A stretch of 32,000 nt of DNA, taken from assembly GCF_000981785.2 (NCBI RefSeq), contig NZ_CP011304.1, forward strand, positions 4,262,214 through 4,294,213, read 5' to 3'. Source of the DNA: Microcystis aeruginosa NIES-2549 (lineage in GTDB: Bacteria; Cyanobacteriota; Cyanobacteriia; Cyanobacteriales; Microcystaceae). Below the pieces are notes generated by a model. That model made no database searches. It was not told the DNA's origin and saw only the letters and a program-made list of their open reading frames with translations. The position numbers and the translations under genes are program-made. Positions 16,463 to 25,749 of the stretch are shown here, piece after piece. Each line of letters begins with the position of its first letter. The stretch's first letter is position 1.

Positions 16463-17731
16463 TTACAATCTCGGTTTCAGAACAGTCCACTGGGTTACGG
16501 GGGCCATGGCTTTCCAACCTAAAAACTTACCGACCGGTTCGGCTTTTTCAATGCCAATCCGCAGCAGTTCCCCTCCTAATTTACTATGCCATTGCAAGAG
16601 GACTAATTCGCTTTCAATTGTAACAGTGTTGGCAACAAGACGACCCCCGGGGCGCAGGGCTAACCAACAGGTTTCCAATAGGTGGGGTGTGGTGATACCG
16701 CCACCAATAAAAATAGCGTCCGGTTGCGGTAAATCTTCCAAGGCACTCGGTGCGATTCCGGCGACGATTTGCAGATGGAGCGTTCCCAGGGCGGCGGCAT
16801 TATCGGCAATGTATTGTAATCTGGTGGGATGATGTTCGATCGCAATCCCCTGGCAACGGCGATCGCTACGCAGCCACTCAATGGCAATGGAACCACAACC
16901 TGCCCCCACATCCCAGAGCAATTGTCCGGGTAAGGGAGCCAATCTACTCAGCGTGATAGCACGAACTTCTCTTTTTGTCAACTGTCCGTCATGATGGTAG
17001 GCAGAATCCGGCAGTCCTGGAAGGCGCGGCGCCAGGGTGGGGGGATGGGAGGAGATGCAGCTAATGGCGATGACATTTAAATCCGCCAGATCTGTAAACT
17101 GCCAATCGTTGGCGATGCCTTGAATGTGGCGTTCTCGGGTTCCCCCTAGATGTTCTAAAACCGTGATGGAACTCTCGCCAAAACCTCCCTCCCTGAGCAG
17201 CCGAGCAGCGAGCGCCGGAGTCTGGGCATCAGCACTCAGTACCAGCAGTTTAGCGCCGGGATAAAGCACCCCATTCAAGCAGGCTGGGGGCCGACCGCAC
17301 AAACTCAAAGTTTCCACTTCACTCAGGGACCAACCCAAACGACTACAGGCAAGACTGAAGGCAGAAGGAGAGGGAATAATCGTCATTTCCTCAAGGGGAA
17401 TCTGACGGGTGAGGGTGACACCAATCCCGTAGCACATGGGATCACCACTGGCCAAAACACAGACGGATTGACCACGACGGCGGATAATCTCGTTAACAGA
17501 GTCTTGGATGGGAGAAGTCCAGAGCAGTTTTTGCCGTTGATCCTCAGGGGGTAACATTGCCAGATGACGTTCACCACCGACAATAACTGATGCTAAAGAA
17601 AGCAGACTTCGCCCCACCGAACTTAAACCTTCTAAGCCATCTTCACCAATTCCTATGATCGATAGCCATTTCGACTTACAATTGCGATCCGCCATATTAA
17701 AAAAAATCGCTACTATTTCATTATCTGCCAT
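16463..17731 (-). CDS. cobL: precorrin-6Y C5,15-methyltransferase (decarboxylating), fused CbiE/CbiT
   Basis: The N-terminal tetrapyrrole methylase half has IIGIGEDG and VLASGDPMCYGIG. The C-terminal half has the SAM-binding LWDVGAGCGSIAIEW. The start may be the internal M at codon 13. Confidence 0.9.
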   Translation of the reverse strand: MADNEIVAIFFNMADRNCKSKWLSIIGIGEDGLEGLSSVGRSLLSLASVIVGGERHLAMLPPEDQRQKLLWTSPIQDSVNEIIRRRGQSVCVLASGDPMCYGIGVTLTRQIPLEEMTIIPSPSAFSLACSRLGWSLSEVETLSLCGRPPACLNGVLYPGAKLLVLSADAQTPALAARLLREGGFGESSITVLEHLGGTRERHIQGIANDWQFTDLADLNVIAISCISSHPPTLAPRLPGLPDSAYHHDGQLTKREVRAITLSRLAPLPGQLLWDVGAGCGSIAIEWLRSDRRCQGIAIEHHPTRLQYIADNAAALGTLHLQIVAGIAPSALEDLPQPDAIFIGGGITTPHLLETCWLALRPGGRLVANTVTIESELVLLQWHSKLGGELLRIGIEKAEPVGKFLGWKAMAPVTQWTVLKPRL

Positions 17732-17794
17732 CAGGCTCTATCCTTCAAACAAGATATAATTGGGTTAGTGCCAAGTTAATTGAGATGAAAAATT

Positions 17795-18442
17795 ATGACC
17801 ACCACCGCCGATGATGTTTGGAAATTATTAGCCGAATTAGTAGAAGCTCAAAAAGAAACAGAAAGATGCTTTCAAGAAACCGAGCGACGCTTTCAAGAAA
17901 CCGAGCGTGTTCTCAAAGAACAATCTTTAAAAACCGAGCGACGCTTTCAAGAAACCGAGCGCATTCTCAAAGAACAATCTTTAAAAACCGATCGCCAAAT
18001 TACCAGAGTCAGTCAAGAAATTGGTAATCTTGGAGGTAAATGGGGACGTTTTGTCGAAAATATGGTAGCCCCAGCTTGTGAGACTTTATTTTTAAATCGT
18101 GATATTCCCGTACATCAAGTTAGTCAAAGAGTCAGAAAACGTCTCGACGGTAAAACCCTAGAAATTGATGTGTTAGTAACTAATGAGAATCATGTGCTAG
18201 TAGTGGAAGTCAAAAGTAGTTTAAGTGTAGATGATGTCAAAGAATTAATCAAGAATCTAACAGAATTTAGGCAATTTTTCCCAGAATATAACCAGAAACA
18301 ATTATATGGGGCAGTAGCAGGCATTGAAATCGAAGAGGGAGCGGATAAATATGCCTATCGTCAAGGTTTATTTGTCTTGGCACAAAGGGGAGAAAATGTA
18401 GCGATTCTTAACGATACTGAGTTTCAACCGAAAACGTGGTAG
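17795..18442 (+). CDS. coiled-coil / PD-(D/E)XK nuclease-fold protein (DUF3782-like), tandem copy 1
   Basis: The N-terminus carries heptad/undecad repeats (RFQETER, VLKEQSLKTER). The C-terminal half has LEIDVLVTNENHVLVVEVKSS, i.e. D ... E-x-K spaced as in PD-(D/E)XK nucleases. Confidence 0.7.
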   Translation: MTTTADDVWKLLAELVEAQKETERCFQETERRFQETERVLKEQSLKTERRFQETERILKEQSLKTDRQITRVSQEIGNLGGKWGRFVENMVAPACETLFLNRDIPVHQVSQRVRKRLDGKTLEIDVLVTNENHVLVVEVKSSLSVDDVKELIKNLTEFRQFFPEYNQKQLYGAVAGIEIEEGADKYAYRQGLFVLAQRGENVAILNDTEFQPKTW

Positions 18443-18499
18443 GGGCTTTAAAAACAAGATATAATCAAGTTATTGTCAAGTTAATTCAGATGAAAAATT

Positions 18500-19135
18500 A
18501 TGACCACCACCGCCGATGACGTTTGGAAATTATTAGCCGAATTAGTAGAAGCTCAAAAAGAGACAGAAAGATGCTTTCAAGAAACCGAGCGACGCTTTCA
18601 AGAAACCGAGCGGATTCTCAAAGAACAATCGTTAGAAACCGAGCGGATTCTCAAAGAACAATCTTTAAAAACCGATCGCCAAATTACTAGACTCAGTAAA
18701 GAAATTGGTAATCTTGGCGGTAAATGGGGACGTTTTGTCGAAAATATGGTAGCTCCAGCTTGTGAGACTTTATTTTTAAATCGTCAGATTCCCGTACATC
18801 AAGTTAGTCAAAGAGTCAGAAAACGTCTCGACGGTAAAACCCTAGAAATTGATGTGTTAGTAACTAATGAAAATCATGTGCTGGTAGTGGAAGTCAAAAG
18901 TAGTTTAAGTGTAGATGATGTCAAAGAATTAATCAAGAATCTAACAGAATTTAGGCAATTTTTCCCAGAATATAACCAGAAACAATTATATGGGGCAGTA
19001 GCAGGCATTGAAATCGAAGAAGGAGCAGATAAATATGCCTATCGTCAAGGTTTATTTGTCTTGGCACAAAGGGGGGAAAATGTAGCAATTCTTAACGATA
19101 CTGAGTTTCAACCGAAAACGTGGTATGATCCTTAA
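18500..19135 (+). CDS. coiled-coil / PD-(D/E)XK nuclease-fold protein (DUF3782-like), tandem copy 2
   Basis: Near-identical to copy 1 at a 705-bp period, including about 45 bp of upstream sequence. It differs by one 7-aa repeat unit, a few substitutions and a 3-aa longer C-terminus. Confidence 0.7.
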   Translation: MTTTADDVWKLLAELVEAQKETERCFQETERRFQETERILKEQSLETERILKEQSLKTDRQITRLSKEIGNLGGKWGRFVENMVAPACETLFLNRQIPVHQVSQRVRKRLDGKTLEIDVLVTNENHVLVVEVKSSLSVDDVKELIKNLTEFRQFFPEYNQKQLYGAVAGIEIEEGADKYAYRQGLFVLAQRGENVAILNDTEFQPKTWYDP

Positions 19136-19253
19136 GCTTGTCTTTGGGAAAGTCCAGTGCGATTCTGGTACTGTGCCGCAGCTGTAATCAAGTAAAAAGT
19201 AAAAAGAGTACATCTTCCCTTTTTCCTTGCGAGTCAGAATGCCAATTACAAGT
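19136..19253 (+). promoter_or_regulatory. cobalamin (B12) riboswitch upstream of cobG-cobH-cobI
   Basis: The core GGGAAAGUCCAGUGCGAUUCUGGUACUGUGCCGCAGCUGUAA closely matches the conserved cobalamin riboswitch core (compare E. coli btuB GGGAAUCCAGUGCGAAUCUGGAGCUG...GCAGCGGUAA). A B12-box-like GAGUCAGAAUGCC lies at about 19231-19243. A possible P1 pairs gcttgt (19136-19141) with acaagt (19248-19253). Confidence 0.8.
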
Positions 19254-19319
19254 TTTTAATCGGTAGATAGACAAATATTTTCTAACTACTTCTCTGCGTC
19301 GCATGGAGAACAAACAACG

Positions 19320-20735
19320 GTGAATTGGTTAGTTGAAGCAAATGCTTGTCCTGGTTTATTTTATGGAACTGCTGCCCAGGATGGGTTTTTAATTCGTCTC
19401 CGCACCCCCGGTGGATGGCTCAATTCTCCACAGGGAAAAGCGATCGCCACTTGGCTCGAACAATGGCAGACGACAATACAAGTTACCAATCGGGCAAATC
19501 TGCAAATTCGCGGACTGCAAAAATCCCCCAGTTTAGAAGAATTTCAAACCCTGCAAAAATTAGGGTTAGCCGCCCATAATCCCAGTATCGATCATCTGCG
19601 TAATATCATGTCCAGTCCCACGGCTGGAATTGACTGTCAAGAATCGATCGATACTCGTCCATTAGTCCAAGAATTAGATAATTTTATCCAAAATTATCCA
19701 TCAATTGCCCAACTAAGTCCTAAATTTAGTATCGGCATCGATGGCGGTGGTGCAGTGGGAATTGGCACCGGTTCAACTATGGCCTGGCAACACCGCTATA
19801 ATGAGATTCAGCTATCAGCAATTGTCCTCAATAATCCGAAAAATTTAACTTCTATTCTTTGCTTTCGATTAGCCCTCGGAGGAGATAAACAATTATATGA
19901 CACGGACTTATTAATTGAGCCAGAAAACTGTTTAGCTGTGGTCAAAGCTTTAGTCACAGTTTATATCGATTATGTTCAACAAAACCCCAATATCAAGGGT
20001 AAAAAACCTCGGATGAAACACCTGCTCAAAGATTGGGGATTGACAAAATATCTCGAACAAGTTAACTACCAATTACATCGGACTTCTACCGGCATAATAC
20101 AAGGGCAAGAATACCAGCAGGCTGCCCATTCTACTCAACCCTATTTTCATCTGGGAATTCATCCTCAAAAGCAACCAGGATTATCTTATATTGGTCTATC
20201 ATTAAGATTAGGACAATTGACGGCTAATCAACTATGGGGATTAGCGGCACTATCAGAAACTTTTGGCAGTGGTCAGTTACGATTAACCCCTTGGCAGACT
20301 GTTATATTACCCGATATTCCCGATGAAAAAGTCTCAGAATTGTTGCCAAAACTGGCATCCTTAGGATTATCCGCTTCTCCCGGATGGGATGCGGGGATAG
20401 TTGCCTGTAGCGGTAAACCGGGCTGTGCGGCGGCGGCCACTGCAACTCAAATTCATGCTTCTCTCTTGGCAGATTATTTGAAAGAACACTTAACCTGCAA
20501 TTCTCCTGTTAATATTCACTTGACAGGTTGTGCTAAATCCTGCGCTCAACCGGGTCCGGCCGAAATTACCCTTTTAGGAACTACCATCGAGGAAAATGGC
20601 CAAATACTAGAAGCTTATCAAGTCTATATGGGTGATAGTCAAAAATTCTTAGAAACACCCATATTTGAGGGAGAATTTACCAAGATTCCCCCCCTCATAG
20701 CCCAAATTTTAAGCTCCCAAAAATCGAAAATTTAG
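19320..20735 (+). CDS. cobG: precorrin-3B synthase
   Basis: GTG start. Sulfite/nitrite-reductase-like repeats (NRANLQIRG, LRLTPWQTV) and a Cys cluster (CSGKPGCAAA...GCAKSC). Lies in cob gene context. Confidence 0.85.
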   Translation: MNWLVEANACPGLFYGTAAQDGFLIRLRTPGGWLNSPQGKAIATWLEQWQTTIQVTNRANLQIRGLQKSPSLEEFQTLQKLGLAAHNPSIDHLRNIMSSPTAGIDCQESIDTRPLVQELDNFIQNYPSIAQLSPKFSIGIDGGGAVGIGTGSTMAWQHRYNEIQLSAIVLNNPKNLTSILCFRLALGGDKQLYDTDLLIEPENCLAVVKALVTVYIDYVQQNPNIKGKKPRMKHLLKDWGLTKYLEQVNYQLHRTSTGIIQGQEYQQAAHSTQPYFHLGIHPQKQPGLSYIGLSLRLGQLTANQLWGLAALSETFGSGQLRLTPWQTVILPDIPDEKVSELLPKLASLGLSASPGWDAGIVACSGKPGCAAAATATQIHASLLADYLKEHLTCNSPVNIHLTGCAKSCAQPGPAEITLLGTTIEENGQILEAYQVYMGDSQKFLETPIFEGEFTKIPPLIAQILSSQKSKI

Positions 20736-20744
20736 ATAAATAGA

Positions 20745-21371
20745 ATGGAATACATTAAGAATGGTGAGGAAATTTACCGCAAATCTTTTGCTATTATTCG
20801 GGCTGAAACTAACTGGGAAAATCTCCCCGATGATTTAGCTCATGTGGCGGTTCGTCTAATTCATTCCTGTGGGATGACAGACATAACAGAAGATTTAGAA
20901 GCATCACCGGATGCAGTTAAAATCGGACGAAATGCCCTCGCTGGGGGTGCAGCAATTCTCTGTGATTCTCAAATGGTCGCTAATGGCATTACCAAAGCCC
21001 GTTTACCTAAAAATAATCCGATTATTTGTACCCTCAATCATCCAGAAGTGACCGAATTAGCACGGCAAATTAATAATACTCGCTCCGCTGCCGCTTTAGA
21101 ACTTTGGCGACGTCATTTAGCTGGAGCAGTGGTGGCCATTGGTAATGCACCAACCGCACTTTTTCGCCTGCTAGAATTGCTCGATCAAAATGTAGATAAA
21201 CCGGCTTTGATTTTAGGCTTTCCCGTGGGATTTGTAGGAGCGGCAGAGTCGAAAATAGAATTAGCAACTAATAGTCGTGGCGTGCCATTTATTACCCTGC
21301 ACGGACGCAGGGGAGGAAGCGCAATCGCAGCAGCAGCAGTCAATGCTTTAGCAAAAGAGAACGAATTATGA
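20745..21371 (+). CDS. cobH: precorrin-8X methylmutase
   Basis: 208 aa with LIHSCGM, IGNAPTALFRLLEL and GFPVGFVGAAESK, typical of CobH/CbiC. Confidence 0.9.
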   Translation: MEYIKNGEEIYRKSFAIIRAETNWENLPDDLAHVAVRLIHSCGMTDITEDLEASPDAVKIGRNALAGGAAILCDSQMVANGITKARLPKNNPIICTLNHPEVTELARQINNTRSAAALELWRRHLAGAVVAIGNAPTALFRLLELLDQNVDKPALILGFPVGFVGAAESKIELATNSRGVPFITLHGRRGGSAIAAAAVNALAKENEL

Positions 21372-22072
21372 ATAAATTAGGCAAACTTTATGGATTAGGA
21401 ATCGGGCCCGGTGATCCCGAATTGTTGACGCTAAAAGCACACCGAATTCTCACAACTGTTCCGGTAATTGCCTATCCTACCTTAGAAAGTGGCAAAGTTT
21501 TGGCACGGGCAATTGTGTCGGATTTTATCCGTCCCGAGCAGATAGAAATTCCCATGCCTTTACCTTTTAGTGTCGAGCGCAGTTCTCAACCTCATTATGA
21601 TATTGCCGCCGAAAATATCGCCGAACATTTAAACTTAGGTCGAGATGTGGCGGTTTTATGTGTGGGCGATCCGATGTTGTATGGCACGTTTATGTATATC
21701 TTTAATCGCTTGTGCGATCGCTTTTCCATTGAAGTCGTGCCGGGTATTTCTTCAGTGATGGCAAGTGCAGCAATGCTGGGTGTACCTATCACTTATCGAA
21801 ATGACGTATTTAGTATTATGCCCGCTACTTTAAAGGCGGAAATATTGCGGGATCGCCTAGCCTTTATCGATGCAGCAGCGATTATTAAATTAGGCAGACA
21901 TTTCGCTAAAGTTCGCGATATTCTCGAGGAATTAGGATTATTAGAACGCGCCCTCTACATCGAACGAGCAACCTTACCCAATCAGCAAATTATTCCGATT
22001 ACAGAAGTCGATCCAGAGGCTGCTACTTACTGGTCATTAATTCTGATTCCTAGTAAAACTAAACCGCAATAA
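21368..22072 (+). CDS. cobI: precorrin-2 C20-methyltransferase
   Basis: LYGLGIGPGDPELLTLKA and VGDPMLYGTF are tetrapyrrole methylase motifs. 4-nt overlap with cobH. Confidence 0.9.
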   Translation: MNKLGKLYGLGIGPGDPELLTLKAHRILTTVPVIAYPTLESGKVLARAIVSDFIRPEQIEIPMPLPFSVERSSQPHYDIAAENIAEHLNLGRDVAVLCVGDPMLYGTFMYIFNRLCDRFSIEVVPGISSVMASAAMLGVPITYRNDVFSIMPATLKAEILRDRLAFIDAAAIIKLGRHFAKVRDILEELGLLERALYIERATLPNQQIIPITEVDPEAATYWSLILIPSKTKPQ

Positions 22073-22382
22073 CTCTATAGACACTAAGTTAAATTCTCTA
22101 TCCCCTACCGAGTGCATCTCACATTTGCAGAAATACCGACAATCAGCAATTATCAGTGACTCTTAAATGATGACAAATGTATCAGCAGCTGCCTGTAAGC
22201 ATCCCACCGAAAAGCTAATGCGCGGGGGGGGTTGACGGCGACGCTACGCCCACGACGAGGCTCAACAATACCTCAACAACTAATGGAAGGGATTCCGGCA
22301 TGATTAAAATAAATTAAGGTCATCTGGCCGCAGTTGGTTAAAACTGACTGAAAATATTACTTGGTTTGAGGAGCTTTTCAAA

Positions 22383-23531
22383 TTGACAGACGATCGCGTT
22401 TATTGGTTAGCATGGTCAAGTATTGCTGGAGTTGGGCCAATTTCCCTGAAGCGACTCTATCAACATTTTGGCAGTGTCGCTGTGGCCTGGAATGCCTCCG
22501 ATTCTGCGATCGCAGAAGGGGCGGGATTTGGCAAAAAGTTAATGGTAGCCGTACGGGAAGGGCGATCGCAAATTGACCCAGAAGCTCTTTTCGCCGAACA
22601 TATCCAGAAAAATCCCCTTTTTTGGACTCCTAGCGACCCAGAATATCCCCGCTTTCTCCGGGAAATTCCCAGTCCTCCCCCCTTACTTTACTATCAAGGA
22701 AAGGTCAATTTAGAGGAAAATCAGGGAAATATCCCCACCGTCGCCATTGTGGGTACTCGTAACCCCACGGATCACGGCAGGCGCTGGGCGCGGCGCTTAA
22801 GTACCCTTTTGGCCCAACAGGGATTTACTATTGTTTCTGGCATGGCCGAAGGAATTGATGGCGAGGCACACCAAAGCTGTTTAAAAGCCGGGGGAAGGAC
22901 GATTGCCGTCTTGGGAACAGGGGTCGATGTGGTTTATCCTAGTCGTCATCGGCAGCTACACGCGGACATCCAAAAGCAGGGTTTAGTCATTAGTGAACAT
23001 CCCGCCGCAACTCAGCCGAATAAAGCCCATTTTCCCAGTCGTAATCGCATTATCGCTGGTTTAAGTCGCGCGACTATTGTTATCGAGGCCCCCGAAAGGT
23101 CTGGCTCCCTGATTACAGCTAGTTATGCTAACGAATTTGGCGGCGATATCTATGCTTTACCCAATTCTCCCGATATTGCTGCCGCTAGAGGTTGTTTACA
23201 ACTGATTCATCAGGGGGCAGAAATTATCGTTTCTGAGGAGAAATTATTAGAAATGTTGGGGGCAATTCCCACCACGAACCAATCTGCACCGCTTAATCTC
23301 TCCCCTTCACTCCCTCTAGAGACATCCCCGGCCGTTAATGCTGCTCCTCCAGTCAATCTAGAACCTAGACTAGCACAAGTGTATCAGTTATTTGACAGAG
23401 ATGCCCTGTTGTTTGACATTATTGTTCAAAAAATGCAAATCCCCACCTCAGAAGTGGCGGGGATTTTATTGGAATTAGAATTAATAGGTTTAGTGACTCA
23501 GTTACCCGGTATGCGTTACCAGAAAACCTAG
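22383..23531 (+). CDS. dprA: DNA-processing protein DprA
   Basis: TTG start. Rossmann-like core ([10 protein letters not shown]...[11 protein letters not shown]...[11 protein letters not shown]...SEHP...[10 protein letters not shown]) and a C-terminal winged-helix tail. Confidence 0.9.
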   Translation: MTDDRVYWLAWSSIAGVGPISLKRLYQHFGSVAVAWNASDSAIAEGAGFGKKLMVAVREGRSQIDPEALFAEHIQKNPLFWTPSDPEYPRFLREIPSPPPLLYYQGKVNLEENQGNIPTVAIVGTRNPTDHGRRWARRLSTLLAQQGFTIVSGMAEGIDGEAHQSCLKAGGRTIAVLGTGVDVVYPSRHRQLHADIQKQGLVISEHPAATQPNKAHFPSRNRIIAGLSRATIVIEAPERSGSLITASYANEFGGDIYALPNSPDIAAARGCLQLIHQGAEIIVSEEKLLEMLGAIPTTNQSAPLNLSPSLPLETSPAVNAAPPVNLEPRLAQVYQLFDRDALLFDIIVQKMQIPTSEVAGILLELELIGLVTQLPGMRYQKT

Positions 23532-23540
23532 TTAACCCCC

Positions 23541-23629
23541 AAATGCTTATTTATGGTATTAGCTAAAGTGGTTTTCGGTGCAGCCCCGACCACTAGATCA
23601 ACTTTTTGACCCCTTTTGAGGATCATCAG
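23541..23629. repeat. diverged tandem copy of the 3' end of trxA
   Basis: 23541-23629 aligns with 23635-23723 (period 94) with about 10 mismatches. On the minus strand it would encode [33 protein letters not shown], a paralogous thioredoxin C-terminus. Confidence 0.85.
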
Positions 23630-23954
23630 GTTTCAGGTGTTTATCTATGGTATTAGCTAAAGTGGTTTTCGGTACAGCCCCGACCACCATATCAACTTTT
23701 TGACCTCCTTTGAAAATCATCAGAGTAGGAATACTGCGAATCCCGTACTGACTAGCGATATTGGGGTTTTCGTCGGTGTTGAGTTTCACCACCTTGACTT
23801 TCCCTATGAACATTTCGGCAATTTCTGCGACAACGGGAGCCACCATTCGACAAGGACCGCACCAAGGAGCCCAGAAATCCACTAGGACAAGGTCGGTACT
23901 ATCTAAAACTTCGACTTTAAAGTTGGCATCTGTAACTGCAGGAACCTCTGACAT
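23598..23954 (-). CDS. trxA: thioredoxin
   Basis: WCGPC active site and the full Trx fold pattern ([19 protein letters not shown]...[15 protein letters not shown]). The last 11 residues ([11 protein letters not shown]) come from out-of-frame reading into the duplicated segment. Confidence 0.9.
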   Translation of the reverse strand: MSEVPAVTDANFKVEVLDSTDLVLVDFWAPWCGPCRMVAPVVAEIAEMFIGKVKVVKLNTDENPNIASQYGIRSIPTLMIFKGGQKVDMVVGAVPKTTLANTIDKHLKPDDPQKGSKS

Positions 23955-24331
23955 ACTTAAGAAATCCTCTAGTAATCACGGTTATCTAGAATACGCAAAA
24001 ATTTCATTCTAGAGATTCGTGGTGCGATGTTGACATTCCACTGGTGAAAAGGACGAGAACTAGCTCTAAATCCAATGTAAAGGCCTTAACTTGCATCAGA
24101 GGTAGCTTCTTGGATCAATTTCACAAGGGGCATTCTTCTATTTTATAACCCTAGAGGCTCTATTTTGACTTTTTTTTGATAAAGTTTTGTAATATTGCCG
24201 GAGTCAAGCATGGGTGATGGGAGCCAGATAAAATTTTCTTGAAGAAAAACCCCAAAAGTCATCGATTTTATCTAGGCTTAACCTGAGTTTGATTATGATT
24301 GGCACAAGCCACCTCCTAATTGAGCTTTTCT

Positions 24332-24385
24332 ATGAAAATTCTGGTCTTAAATGCGGGATCGAGCAGTCAAAAAAGTTGTTTATCA
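24332..24385 (+). pseudogene. ackA: acetate kinase, 5' fragment (first about 17 codons)
   Basis: MKILVLNAGSSSQKSCL matches the AckA N-terminus (compare Synechocystis LNAGSSSQKSCLYEL). Homology stops after tgttta, and a stop follows a few codons later. Confidence 0.7.
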
Positions 24386-24488
24386 AAAATGTCGGGGTGA
24401 AGACCCTCGTACTGACGGGATGAAACCGTTCCGACATCGGCGTGAGCTTTTGTCGAACGCTGATCTCACGGCCGAAGCCCCGACCAAT

Positions 24489-25634
24489 AGACCTCTCCAA
24501 AAATTTATAAGTCAGTCACAGCAAGGAAGAGAGGCAGATTAGACCAAGAGTCAAAATTAGCTCTCAAAACCGATTAATCAGGGTTTGAAGAGACAAAATC
24601 CAATTTTGACGGAAAACTATGGCTAATTATAACGTCAATTACTTCCCCTGATTGCTCCCCTTCTATTACTTCTAAAATTAGCGCACTAATTCTCAACCTT
24701 ACTAAGCCACAAACGGTCAGTAAAACCGATTTATATCGACTTTTATTTAATCTAAATCTTTCTTGAACTACTTTAAATACTTTGACAACTCGAATTAAAT
24801 GCTCAACAAAAATTCGCCGAGATGATAAAACTTTATTTTCTTTAATTTGATTCTCGGTTAATTCTCCATTCTTAGGTTTTTTATCAGGAGTTCTGATTTG
24901 ATTTTCTCCTAGGTAAGCTTTATCTCCAATAAAAGTTTGTTGAGAATCGAATTTGCTTAAAGTTTGCCGACAGATTTTTATGTCGCTCGTCGGACCAGGT
25001 TGACCAATAACTACATCAACAATATCTTCAGCTTTTGGCAAGACAATAAATTGACTTTTTAAAGTATGTCTTTTTTGCTTTCCCGAATAATATATTTTTT
25101 GTTCTTGATAATCGGTCGGCCTCTCCACGGGCTGTTCTGCGCTATCGACAATCAACTCATAATCCCTTAATTGTTCAATTATTATTTCCTCTTCTTGGCA
25201 CTTCTTTATTTGTTCTAACAAACTTGGCGGTAACTCTCCTTCAAAAAGTTTTTGCCAATAGGTAAAGATATTATGAGCCGTTGATTCACTCACTTGAAAT
25301 ATTAGTCCTAAGATTTGAAAGCTTAGATGATGTCTTAAATAAACCAACATTAGAACAATTTGTTCCTCTTCTGATAATTTAGGAGGTGTTCCGCTTCCTG
25401 GTTGATTAATCCTAATTTTGGTTTTTTCGATTTCTGATTGGTTTTTCCGATGTATAAGTTTTCCAAGTGCCATCAGTTGTTCTAGTTGTTGGTAGTCAAT
25501 TCCTAATAGTCTTTTAGTTTGTTTCGGATATTTTTGAATGTATTCCCAAGTGTAGTTTTTCATGGCTTTTTTGAGTTACTATTTGTTTTATTATATCCTA
25601 TATATTGTGATTTAATTAAATTATGGAGAGGTCT
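24489..25634 (-). mobile_element. IS5-family / Harbinger-like (DDE_Tnp_4) insertion sequence, 1146 bp, with a 3-bp TSD
   Basis: Terminal inverted repeats are AGACCTCTCCAAAAATTTAT (24489-) and AGACCTCTCCATAATTTAAT (reverse complement, ending at 25634). They are flanked by direct AAT at 24486-24488 and 25635-25637. Confidence 0.85.
24574..25563 (-). CDS. IS5-family DDE transposase (HTH + DDE_Tnp_4 type)
   Basis: 329 aa. The DDE triad context is LIVDSAEQPVERP ... YYSGKQKRHTLKSQ ... FIGDKAYLG ... RRIFVEHLIRVVK. Confidence 0.9.
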   Translation of the reverse strand: MKNYTWEYIQKYPKQTKRLLGIDYQQLEQLMALGKLIHRKNQSEIEKTKIRINQPGSGTPPKLSEEEQIVLMLVYLRHHLSFQILGLIFQVSESTAHNIFTYWQKLFEGELPPSLLEQIKKCQEEEIIIEQLRDYELIVDSAEQPVERPTDYQEQKIYYSGKQKRHTLKSQFIVLPKAEDIVDVVIGQPGPTSDIKICRQTLSKFDSQQTFIGDKAYLGENQIRTPDKKPKNGELTENQIKENKVLSSRRIFVEHLIRVVKVFKVVQERFRLNKSRYKSVLLTVCGLVRLRISALILEVIEGEQSGEVIDVIISHSFPSKLDFVSSNPD

Positions 25635-25749
25635 AATATAAAACAGCGAAGCACGATTAAATCCTTGACAGTTTAGCCTTGCATAGTTTATCATAGTAAA
25701 TATGGTTTGATAAACAAAATGTTAAAAGCGTTTAAGTACAGAATCTATC

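Noticed and set aside
17732-17794. A possible second cobalamin riboswitch upstream of cobL on the minus strand.
   Set aside because: Only 63 bp are available before the DUF3782-like gene, and none of the conserved B12 riboswitch core or B12-box sequence is present.
22221-22262. GC-rich patch with a G8 run in the cobI-dprA spacer, a possible ncRNA or gene relic.
   Set aside because: It has no recognisable structure, repeat partner or coding frame. It is noted only as a compositional oddity.
24351-24542. 63-aa ORF crossing the ackA break and the IS5 inverted repeat.
   Set aside because: It lies in the structured left end of the tnpB element and runs across the IS5 terminal repeat. It has no recognisable motif and poor coding character.
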